From: Eledone cirrhosa
Taxonomy: Eukaryota
Direction: 5' to 3'
DNA: 64,000 nt
NCBI GenBank assembly: GCA_964016885.1
Contig: OZ024743.1
Location: forward strand, 156,240,001-156,304,000
Below the pieces are notes generated by a model. That model did not search any database and had not been told where the DNA came from. It saw only the letters and a program-made list of their open reading frames with translations. Of the stretch, positions 52,801 to 64,000 are shown piece by piece; positions within the stretch are counted from its first letter, which is position 1, and each line of letters opens with the position of its first letter. A program made the position numbers and the translations under genes.

Positions 52801-54430
52801 TAGAAAATATTATCTATATCTCACTTGTTTATATTTTATGACTTGACTGTATTGTTGATGTTTTGTGATGTTTTTTTTTAAATTATATTTTTCGTTTTAA
52901 ATAATATTTTTTAAAAATTATATCATTTTTAAATGATTTATTTAAATGATACTTTTAAAAATATTTATTTTTTGTGATGGTTTTAATGATGTTTCTGAAT
53001 ATACTTTTGATGTCTGTAATATTTCTTCCTAATAGACTATATAGAGATTTCAGATCCATACATTTATATACTTAATATCATTAACATATGCTTATATAAA
53101 AGGAATGCTATCTAAATATATATATATAAAATATTTTTTATCTTAGAAAATATGTAATATATGATACTATAACATCATATATAAAATAATATATAATTTC
53201 TTTTTTTTTCGTTTACATATATTTTACATGTATCTTAATTAGAATATAAAAAAAAACATAAATTCTAGAATAAAAGGTAAATATATTTTAGCTATTTTAA
53301 CTAAGAAATATTGGAGTTATCTTTTCCTTTATAATGTAACACGGTTACACATTTCTTCTAAGTAACAACTAAACCTTACATAAATATTAAAATGTGTTTG
53401 TATAATTCCGTTAACTTCGTAAATTTTGTAAATGTATTCCTATCTTGATGCAACTATTGAATATATAAAATAACCTTCTATAATAAAATAGAACTATTTC
53501 CTTTTACTTAAATATATATATGAAAATGTAAACAAGAAATTCATCGTAACTATTCACATAAAAAATATTAAAATGATCTATCTATTAATAAAAACAACAT
53601 ATATACTCACAAAAATTATTTATATAAATATTTATATAAATAAACTGTTGTAATATAATGAAATAAAATATACTTACAACCCTAATTCTTCATAAAATAT
53701 ACTTATAGATATCTCTATAATATTAAAATCAACTATTAGAACAGACCCAATAATTAGTAGTATCTCTCATTTTTTTTAAATTGATATTTTATCACTTCAA
53801 CACATTTATAATTCTCATATTATATTATAAATACTACCAAAATATATAATTATATAATTAAATAAATAAATATAATTATTTCACTCTCTTTACACCATTA
53901 CTAATACGATACATAGAATTATAGATTAATATTAATAGTCTATTCCTAACAATAATATACATTTTTCTTATATTCTTTCCTTAAATTTTCTTACACCCTA
54001 ATATTAATATAAACCTCTCACTCTTCTTCCCTTAAAAAATAATCTTAATAATTATTTAAATTTACCTAGCGTCTAAATATAACGTACCTTTTCAATTGTA
54101 CGTTATCCTCATTAACATATTCATCCTAAGATTTGAATTTCTTTCACTATTCAAACAGAACTTAAAACGATAAGTTCTTGTTTTGGGGGATATGTCACTA
54201 TCTATAAAACAACATTTGTATTTTATCTCATGAGAAGCTACCAAAAACAATGTTGGTACTCTTGAAATATATATAATAAAATAAATATTCTTTTGTAAAG
54301 ATAGTTTCGATTTATTGATATTGTTGATAGAATGATTGTAGAATCTGTTATGAATTTGTTGAATAACCAACAAATTAAATAACTATTTGTTTAAATATAT
54401 GTAACACTTGTAAGCACACGGAATAAATTA
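52800..54430. other. Extremely AT-rich non-coding tract
   Basis: Composition visible; no coding signal. Confidence 0.7.
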
Positions 54431-54449
54431 CCTTTTTATGATGTCTACC

Positions 54450-54637
54450 TGTTGAATTGGCAGTATCGGTAGAGGGTTGGACGCCATGCTTTGGCGCATA
54501 GAGTTACGGCCCTTGCCATTCTGAGTTCAAATCCCGCCGAGGTTAACTTTGCCTTTCATCCTTATGGGGTCGATAAAATAAAGTACCAGTAATGTACTGG
54601 ATATTTGCTGGCCTTGTGCCAAAAGTAGAAACAATTA
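54450..54637 (+). mobile_element. tRNA-derived SINE (same family as 12552)
   Basis: TGGCAGTATCGGTAGAG...GAGTTCAAATCCCGCCGAGGTTAACTTTGCCTTTCATCC..GGGGTCGATAAA. Confidence 0.85.
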
Positions 54638-54643
54638 TTCATT

Positions 54644-54690
<47 letters not shown>

Positions 54691-55429
54691 TAAATTACCG
54701 AGAATCGTATTTCGGCTATTGGAAATTAGCGAAAAACAACTTCATAGATGTATGGCAGGCGCTCGATAGATGCTACTGAACTGGAGCTACAACATAAGTT
54801 AAAAGGCCAAACACACTGAGAGGATGGTTAAACCATTATCCGCACAGCCATAGAAACGACCAAGTAATTCGGGTCAAACAAATAAAATATGATTGAAAAT
54901 TATACCCGGACCCCTGGAAGGTTGGTAATATCCAGCATTTTGGTTTCTACAACTCCTAAATCAGATACTGTCTGCTTAGACAAATAATGTTAAGCTTTTG
55001 GTAAGATGATTGAACAAGGAAGTCACTTTCTCAACAGGCTTTTAGTTCAAGTGCCAAACCAAGGACTGACCCTTATCAAAACCCACCTGGGGCTCGACAA
55101 GGGGGGGGGGGACAACCCTTAGTTTTGGCGGATGAATTCAGTATGTGTGTTATTATTGCAAATTGCAAAATATCACAAAACGAATTAAGTTCTCAACAGA
55201 ATGGTTTTAAAATTAACAAAAGCTATCAGTCAATAGATTTAACTAAAAAAATGAAGAAAATTAACTGGTCAATATATATATAAGAAAAGGGAAGTAAGGT
55301 TCTGTAAAAAGCAGTGGTTATTGAGAAAATGTGAAATTGGAAATAGCACATAAAATATATTTTAGGGTCTGTTTTTCTTTTCTTATTTTTTTCTTTCTTT
55401 CTTTGATTCGTCAAAGTGACATTATTGAA

Positions 55430-55900
55430 CAAATGAGAGGGTCAATTCTTTTATAAAAGAGTTTTATAATGTATATATCGTATAAAGTATATATTGAATA
55501 ACCGGTTTCGATGTATTATTAAATTTCATCTCATCAAATGTTAAGTATTACAATTAAAAAGAATTAAAAACTAAAAATTAAAGATTTAAAATTAAGAGGT
55601 AAATTTGTTTCATATTCCTTGTGGAGAATATATATATATCAAAGAAAATGCACACATTTATATACCACGTATAGAGAAATGCAAGTTTACCTCCTCACCA
55701 ACATTGCTGGCAATGCAGTTTCGCTCATTAATGTGATACTGCACTTGTAATACCACTTTGCGCAATATAACGGATCCCAACCTATTGGTGTGATGCATGT
55801 GAGACGGAAACAAAACCAAAAGTAGACCGGATGAATTTTTGTGATTTCTCACACTCAAAGTGGAGAAATAAGTAACACCCTAAAACCAGAATTGAATGGA
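55430..55900 (-). mobile_element. Highly decayed PLE 3' end with hammerhead remnant
   Basis: Minus strand reads FRLTC...YIAQSG...INE (GIY-YIG-like); TTGATGA-GATG..CATC-GAAA-CCGG-TT at 55537-55500. Confidence 0.5.
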
Positions 55901-56465
55901 TAATGCCACCTAACACACAGAAGTAGAATAACATTGATTTTCGTCGATGAAATAGACTGCGTAAGAAATTACCTTCGCTGTCATCAGTGTCAACTGCACA
56001 AAGGGCCGAATCAGCTGTCTCAGAGGAAGTAACAGCAGTAGGAAACTAAAGACAATCAGAGAAGTGGGGTGAGAAGTGGGGAGAGAAAGAGAAAACGAAA
56101 GACGAGTAGATGAACGAGAAAGAAAGAACCATGAGAAATGGAGCAGTTGAGCATGTAAAAACGTAGGCTTCAACATAGTTGGTGGGTGTTGTCTTGGATA
56201 TGTATAGATAATGAATCAGCATAAAATAGACACAGTTGAATACCCCGTATTGACAAATGCAACGGAACGTTGTCTGCTACCTTGATGATGTTGCACATTC
56301 GCAGATATAAATAGATATTGCATGTGGTGCAATGTTTCGCAATAGAACGGCTACCGTTTTGTTGGTCTGATAATTGTGAGGCGATGACAAGACGAAGAAT
56401 AGAAAGGAAAGGGATAGAGGTGCCTCACAAAGAAAGGGGATAGGTAAGTATATACACACACACAC

Positions 56466-56522
<57 letters not shown>

Positions 56523-56542
56523 CGTGTGTGTGTGTGTGTATG

Positions 56543-56680
56543 TCGGGTTTAATCGGGGGTAACCACGTTAAGTAAGGTACTCAATACATAGCAGAGTAAA
56601 AATGTTAATATAGGAGTGGCATCTACAGGACTAGAACTGTTTCATTCGAAGCAGATAATTAGAAAAGCCGAGTGTCAATA
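56543..56680 (-). repeat. Second copy of the 38530-38668 repeat
   Basis: Reverse complement shares CGAATGAAACAGTTCTA.TCCTGTAGA and ATTGAGTACCTTACTTA..GTGGTTACC.CCGATT.AACCCG. Confidence 0.75.
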
Positions 56681-56955
56681 TGATATGGTGGTATTTATAC
56701 ATATTCTGGTGCTAGGGGAAGTTGGTAATTGGGATGGATGGAGGTCATTGCATGATGGATTTAAAGAGTGAGGATTCTTTCAAAAAAATGTATTTAGAGA
56801 AAAATACATAGTGATACCAATACAGGCACTCCTAATTTTGAAGCAAACAAAGGGTTTTCATTAAGTAGCTGCATTAAAATGGTCTGCTAAAGGATGGTGA
56901 GATCTGCAAAGATGGTCTGGTGTCTACAATCATACATTCACACACACACACACAT

Positions 56956-57283
<328 letters not shown>

Positions 57284-57424
57284 CCTAACTGTACCAAGGA
57301 TTACACACATTTTCCAATATATATATATATATATACATATATCAAGCGTGAACCTAATACTAACACTGTTTGTAACTGCGCTCCTTGTTATTGTATTTGT
57401 TTTTTTATTTATATGTATATATAC

Positions 57425-60400
57425 ATATATATATCAAACAGAAGATATATGTCTGTCTGTCTCTCTGTTTGTGTAACCTCATGCATTTCTAGATTTTACA
57501 ACCGATTTGTACCAAATTTCATACAGACGTTTCGGAACACCTATTACGCGTCGTAGGTTATTTTATTTTACGTACATCGGATGAAATTTCAGAAATGTAA
57601 ACATCTGATTCACTTGAAGATAAATCACTATTATCTTTTGTTTCTTGTTCATTTTGAATGTCGTCGTGTGTAAAAACTTCAAAGTCGGTATCACTACTTT
57701 CATAAGCCATGTTGATACAAACAAAAACTGTGTTCTACTTTCAACATTAAAAACACGTGTTGTTTTAATTTGTTTCATTATATTAAGTGTTAATTATCGC
57801 GGTAAGGGCCTAATTTCACAGTAATCTCGAATTGACGAGATGTTGATGAAGGTAATGTTTATTTTAAGAACGATATTTAAGTGTGGGTTCAACGGCCGGT
57901 TTTGGGCGATTTGAACAAATGAAGGGGAAATAATTTTGGCCGGTCTTAACACTAGGGTTAAAGGAGGTTTAGTTAATGCGTTTATGGTCATAAGGTTCCA
58001 GTTTATCATGCTGTGACTTTTCGGCCATTTTTGCCTGTATCCTTTAAATGGTTAGTACTTACTAATTGCTATGTTCGAACTGAACAAACATACTGACACT
58101 TATATACCTACCACTTTAGCCACACTATTTAATTTCGTTTATCACATATAGTCCGTACGCTGCGTTGTCCCTAACTTAAAACCTGAAATTTGACTGCTAC
58201 ACAAAATCTTGCAAAACATACCCACTTTCTTAGACCACATAGATTTATCAGTTTTTTTTTCACAATTTATATGCGTGTTTAGATTTGCTTACTTAAACGT
58301 TATTTGTCCATTATTTATCGTTCTCCCTGGTTAATTTTCTAAAAACTCTGCCCCCCAAGAAAGGAAATCTCATTGGTCGATGATCTGATGATGCAAGTAG
58401 GTCTAAGCGACGGCGTCTCACCAAAGATGTAAATGCAACTGCGATCAGGCTTTCACAGAATGCTGTGCAGACGACAGCTGCAAGAGCGGAGGAGGATGAC
58501 AGTCGGCGCGGACTTCGACGGAACAAAAGTGCTGCTGCGACTGGTGGAGCTCGCGCACGAGAGGATGAAGGACGATAGCCGTTCGACGAAGCAGGGACAC
58601 CACTGCCACTGCTGCGGCACGAAATATTGAAACCATAGAGCAATGACGTAGCTGACATCTGCAAAATAAACAGCGCCGATCATCGTTACGTGGCATATCT
58701 AGGACTTGCAATTCAGATGGTTGTTGAAGGCATTTAACTACGACTCCTCCTCCGACTACGCCGTCCATGCAGATATTCAAATTGGGGAAATGACCTCTAC
58801 TTGCCAGTTTTGTCGTACGAAAAAGTGGACAGTGTAGAGAGATCGAGTGTGCTGTTCAAACGATAAGGTTAGACCATCTTCTATTCACGACCCTCCAGAT
58901 ACATTGCAACTCCTTTTGACAGACGCGACGGAGGAATCATCGAAGTTTCTGTGTAATATCCGCCGCTACAATTCCGCGTTTCAGATGACATCCTTCGGAA
59001 CAAAGCTTGCCTCGGAACGTGGGTTCTTGCCAACTTTCAAGGTCCAAGGGCAGATCTACCACGTGATTGGCTCTGTTCAGCCTTGGCAGAAAAAGATCCT
59101 CAACTTCTGCAGTTATTCTTCGTTGGAAACTATCAGGAGCAAGCAGATATGCGAAACTCTATTTCGTCCGAAACTAACATTGGAACCATAATAAAACTTC
59201 AAGAAATGCTTCATGACAACAAAAGCCGTGTTCGCAGTTTCAAGTACACTTTGGAAACAGTCACCGACCAAAATTTTAGTGTGGTAATACACGCTGACCG
59301 AAGGCCATCTAGAGAACATGCTGGTCGGTTCAAAGCACCAACATGTAATGATATTGCTGCGGTTAGTTGTGATGAACAGCACAACAAGAGAGATATCATT
59401 CAAAAGCACCGAGACAGCACATTACAGCGTATCAATGAGACATACAGGTCCTACGATGCACTCCAGTATCCATTGCTATTTGTCAACGGCGAGGACGGAT
59501 ACCATTTCGGCATTTCTCAACATTCGGCAGGCAATGGTGAGGCACATCTTAGCAAAACTGTCACCTGCATGGATCTCTACGCTTTCCGATTTATGGTAAG
59601 AGAAAATTCATTCAACCATCTAAACCATTCTCGGGACCTTTTCCGACAATTTTCTGTTGATATGGTCGTTAAAGTGGACTCTGAGACATTACGGTTCATT
59701 AAATATAATAAAAAGAACCTTCGATTTAAATGCTACATTCATCTACGCGATGGAATTAACAACGACGTATCCCCAGACAATTTAGGACAAGTGTGTATTT
59801 TCACAGGGGGACCCGATACATGCACAAGAGGACTCAGGGCGCTATAACTTACGTACGACATTATAACGTTTACATGCAGTCCCAAGTGGAAGGAGATTAC
59901 AAACGAACTGTTCCACGGTCAAGCGCCAAGACACAGGCACGATCTCGTAGTAATAGTGTTTCGCCTGAAATTATCCAAATGTTCTCTATAGTCACATCAA
60001 ACACGGTTCATGGTCCTTGCGGACATGGACTCAATATGAAGTCCCCGTGCATACACGACGGAAAGTGTACAAAACAATATCCCAGGCCGTTTTTAAAGGA
60101 AACACAGACTGGTGGTGACGGATATCCGTTGTATAGGCACAGCAGACCTCAAGACGGTGGGTTCAAAACAAAATCGACAACAGCTGGATAGTGCCATATT
60201 CCCCCCTCCTCTTGAAAACGTTCAACGCCCATATAAACGTCGAATTTTGCAGCTCAGTAAAATCAATTAAATACATTTGTAAGTACGTAAACAAGGGGTC
60301 GGATTCTGTCGTATTTTGTCTTCGTCGTGAAAACAGTAGAGACGAGGTATCTGACTACCAATCTGGCCGATACATTAGCAGTGATGAAGCCTTTTGGTGC

Positions 60401-62723
60401 GTTTTTAGCTTCCGACTGCACCAACGACACACCGTCATTAAACAACTTGCCGTTCACCTTGACAACGGTCAAAAGGTGTATTTCAAAGATGCAACAGCTA
60501 CTCAACTAGCAATCTCACCAAAGGAAACTACACTCACCGCTTTTTTCAAACTTTGTCAACACGACGACTTCGCTCGAACTCTGCTGTATTCTGAAATACC
60601 GTCTTACTGTACATGGAACCGGACAAAATGGTTACGAAGGAAGGTAAGCAAGAGGTGGTTGGATATATAGGCATCAAATTCGAGAATTACCTTGCGCAAG
60701 TTTATACGGTGTACCCTACATGTCACGAATGGTTCTACCTGCGACTTCTGCTTCATGAGGTAAGAGGGCCGACCAGCTTCACTCATCGGAGAACCGTCGA
60801 TGGATAAGCCTGCGGAACGTACAGGGAAGCCTGCCTGAGGCGTGGACATTTAGAAGATCACGCACAATGGGACGCAACCTTGACGGAAGCTGCCATCTCA
60901 CAATCATCGCGTAGTCTAAGAGCACTTGTTGTAATCCTCTTGCACGTCTGTGAATTGAGCGATCCTTACTCTTCATGACAAAAGTTTAAAGATTATTTCG
61001 CAGAGGAATATAGGTGTCTCGCTCAATTGCAATCTCAAAAGTTAGGTGTCGACTTTTCAGACGCTATATATATCAGCTCTGATCAATATTGAAGACAGAA
61101 TGGCTTCAATGGGCGGAGATGTCTTGGGAGAAATATAGGCTTCCGCAAACATTTCGAGATGCGCCATCTGACATTCCCTACGACATTATACTTGAAACGC
61201 CATATGATGTCGACGAACTCAAAAGGTATGTTGAAGAAAATGAACCAAAACTTCTAATGGATCAAAAACGAGCCTACAACATTGTTGTTGATTCCATCCG
61301 TAATCGGGGAGGGGGTATATTCTGCCTGGACGCACCTGGAGGCACGGGCAAAACATTTGTAATGAAACTTTTACTCGCTGCAGTGAGACGACACGGAAAC
61401 ATCGCATTGGCCATGGCTTCTTCCGGCATTGCAGCAACTTTGCTGCTTGGTGGCAGGACGGGCCATTCTGCCTTCAGTCTACCTCTCAACGTGGCATCAT
61501 CTGAGACACCCACGTCCAACATCAGCAAGTCTTCCGGAAAAGCACTGGTGTTGAAGCGCCGCCTCCTAATTGTTTGGGACTTATGCACAATGGCACACAG
61601 GGCGGCTTTCGAGGCATTAGACCGATCACTCAGAGACACCAGGGGCTGTCAAGAACCAATGGTAGGTGTCATTTTCTTGTTATCTGGGGACTTCCGACAA
61701 ACTCTGCCTGTAATCCCAAAAGGTACGCAGGCTGATGAGGCTGGTGCATGCCTTAAGGCCTCCCCTCGTTGGCATTATGTAAGAAAGCTGACGCTTACAA
61801 CAAACATGAGAGCACAACCGCAAGGTGATGAGACATCAGCGGGTGTTGCTGCTGCCATTTTGTTGTTGGGAGATGGCAAAGTCCTACTCGGCGGAGATGG
61901 TGCAGCGGACCTCACAGGGATTTGCAGATGCGTTAAGTCAATTGCTGAGTTACGGACGTCATTTTTTCCTAATCTTGAGGAGAACTACAGAAATCAAGAC
62001 TGGTTGTGTGTACGGGCAACTTCAGCTTCGAAAGACCACATAGTTGGAAACATAAATGAACAGCTCATTCTGTGCTTGCCTGGAAACCTGCACGTCTACA
62101 AGTCTCTTGACTCTATGGCTGATCCGGACGAAGTTGTTAATTTCCCCACATAATTTCTTAGCTCCCTAGACCCTCCCGGATTGCCACTTAAGAAAGGTGT
62201 CCCTGGCATGCTCCTCAGGTATTTGGAACCCTGAATGCTTTCCAACGGAAAGCGTCTGGTCATGCAAAAGGCGATGCCCCATGTTATTGAGACAACAATA
62301 CTTACAGGATGTGGAAAGGAGGATACTGTCTTCATACCAAGGGTACCTCTCAATCCATCCGGTAAAGACATTCCTTTCACATTCAGAAGGCTGCAATTCC
62401 CTCTCCGGCTCAGTTTCTCCATGTCGATTAACAAATCACAAGGTCAGACGTTGACGGTCGTAGGGCTTAATTTAGAAGAACCGTGCTTCTCCCATGGTCA
62501 ACTATATGTAGGCTGCTCTCGAGTGGGGAGCCGACATAACCTATTTGCTTTTGCAGCTTGCGAGAAAACCCAAAATATAATCTACAAGGAAATTTTGTAG
62601 GCACTCCATCCGCCAACAAGTAATCGCTGTTTTTTTTTGTATAAGTGCTTACAATTGCTGTAATGGTGCGATATTTTTGTCCTTTTGAAAATACCACGTA
62701 CGCCTCTGAGGTTGCTTTTGGTA
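57425..62723 (+). mobile_element. Autonomous-type Helitron, decayed
   Basis: Helitron-like 5' end (TATATATCAAACAGAAGAT..GTCTGTCTGTC) followed by Rep-helicase remnants; own 3' end not identified. Confidence 0.88.
58340..62600 (+). pseudogene. Helitron Rep/PIF1-helicase transposase, disrupted
   Basis: CCSNDKV, NIRRYNSAFQMTSFG, FKVQGQIYH, YDALQYPLLF, FTGG, VHGPCG, HINVEFCSSVKSIKYICKYVNKG, LDAPGGTGKTF, SSGIAATLL, SGDFRQTLPV, QFPLRLSFSMSINKSQGQT, FSHGQLYVGCSRV. Confidence 0.93.
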
Positions 62724-63423
62724 TCTATATATATAAAACAGAGGATGTCTGTCTGTGTATCTGTTTCCCTAATACTCGAGAACTACCCAACCCTTTTTAT
62801 TTCAAACTTTACACATGTAATACTTAAGGTCTTATTGAGCGTTCTGAGCAAAAAAAAATTCAAAGTGTCAATGCCCTAGGGATCGTATTAGGCGATTTAG
62901 CGATCTCTTTCTCTTTCTGTTAGTCTTTCTCTTTTTAGATAGATACATAGATATGACGTCGCGCCTTCATAATATCTGCCTGTATGCCTGGCTGTCTGCA
63001 TTACGACTTATGACGCGATCAGTGTGTGTGTGTGATTATATGTATATATAGTGTGTGTGTGTGTGTGTATATATATATTCTTATGCCAGGGAGCGTCTTC
63101 ACGAACCAAAGTATCGTCTTCCTGTTTTGCTTCGGTAGCAACGTTTTTCGAAATATTTACATCTGCGTTCACATCTAGCGGATTTTCCTGAAATGTCAAG
63201 GCATATTATGCACATAAACAAAATAATTTTCTTGATCTCCGAGTTGAAAACCTTCATTTTTCCTGCCTCATCAAGGAAAATCTTTAAAATTATCCAGCCA
63301 TCAGTATATTCGGTATATTTTCTTTAACTATTGTCCAGGCATGCAGTTTTTCCACGATTAGGTCTGTTGGCGGCCCGCGTTCCAAAATACCTTATACCCT
63401 GCAACGCCGGGTACCACTGCTAG
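62724..63423 (+). mobile_element. Intact 700-bp non-autonomous Helitron
   Basis: A|TCTATATATATAAAACAG at the 5' end; TACCC-TGCAACGCC-GGGTA hairpin; CTAG|T at the 3' end; inserted between A and T, no TSD. Confidence 0.9.
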
Positions 63424-63834
63424 TACGCTATAAATGTTCAATGTCTCCGTTTTCCGCATTTATATGTTGCTATTACGCTTTGCTATCGTTGTTCCCTAGT
63501 TTTAACCTAATTAATCTACTTCTCTCTACATCTTATTTACACATGTGTTTGACATTCCAGCGTGATCTTGCCAAGGCCATTTTTGTGGCCATCGACTGCT
63601 ACATGCTTTTCTAGGTTACAATCTCAAATAACAAGCAAAGGAAATATGACACACCAAAGTGGTGTGAAGAACTTCTTAAGGGCCACTACCTCTAATCGGA
63701 GTCATCTTCGCTAACAGCTCTGCCACTGAGACTTTTAAGATTAAACGATCCAAGGCCCTAACCAGAGCCAACAAGTTTAAATTGTTACCATGGGATTCAT
63801 CTTTGCTGGCAGCAGCGCCACTGAGATATTTCAA

Positions 63835-63950
63835 AGTGAACGTTAAAAGGTCATCTTCAGGGCCACCAACTATAAATTGTTATCGCTGGTATGTAAGTGA
63901 ACGTTCAAAGGCCCTCTTTAGGGCTAACACCTATAAATTATTACTTCTAT
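63835..63950. repeat. Diverged ~61-bp tandem repeat
   Basis: AAGTGAACGTT.AAAGG.C.TCTT.AGGGC.A..A.CTATAAATT.TTA occurs twice; weaker related units from ~63670. Confidence 0.7.
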
Positions 63951-64000
63951 AGTCGTATTTAACGGAAGTCTTTCGGTTCATTTAAACGACTACTCCATTG

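Noticed and set aside
54690-55140. Possible RTE-like fragments and an HDV-like fold
   Set aside because: Could not assemble convincing protein motifs or the double pseudoknot

Overview
Repeat-dominated eukaryotic (animal) genomic DNA with no host protein-coding gene that I can support. The tRNA-derived SINEs and the dense (TA)n/(CA)n/(AAT)n microsatellites suggest an octopod cephalopod (inference). The window contains: (i) an ~18 kb strictly alternating array of minus-strand L1/Tx1 and plus-strand R4/Dong non-LTR retrotransposons built on (AAT)n microsatellites (12.5-30.5 kb); (ii) a near-intact 1130-codon R4/Dong copy nested in the poly-Asn (AAT)n linker of a Penelope-like element (46-53 kb); (iii) at least six Penelope-like (RT + GIY-YIG) relics with minimal type I hammerhead ribozyme motifs; (iv) four long fold-back palindromes abutting (TA)n tracts, one of them a spacer-less 336-bp palindrome carrying an intact-core hammerhead on each strand; (v) a decayed autonomous Helitron (Rep + PIF1) and three non-autonomous Helitron copies; (vi) RTE, CRE, Tc1-like and possible hAT fragments. 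All calls come from reading motifs by eye; no database search or folding computation was run, and boundaries of decayed elements are approximate.
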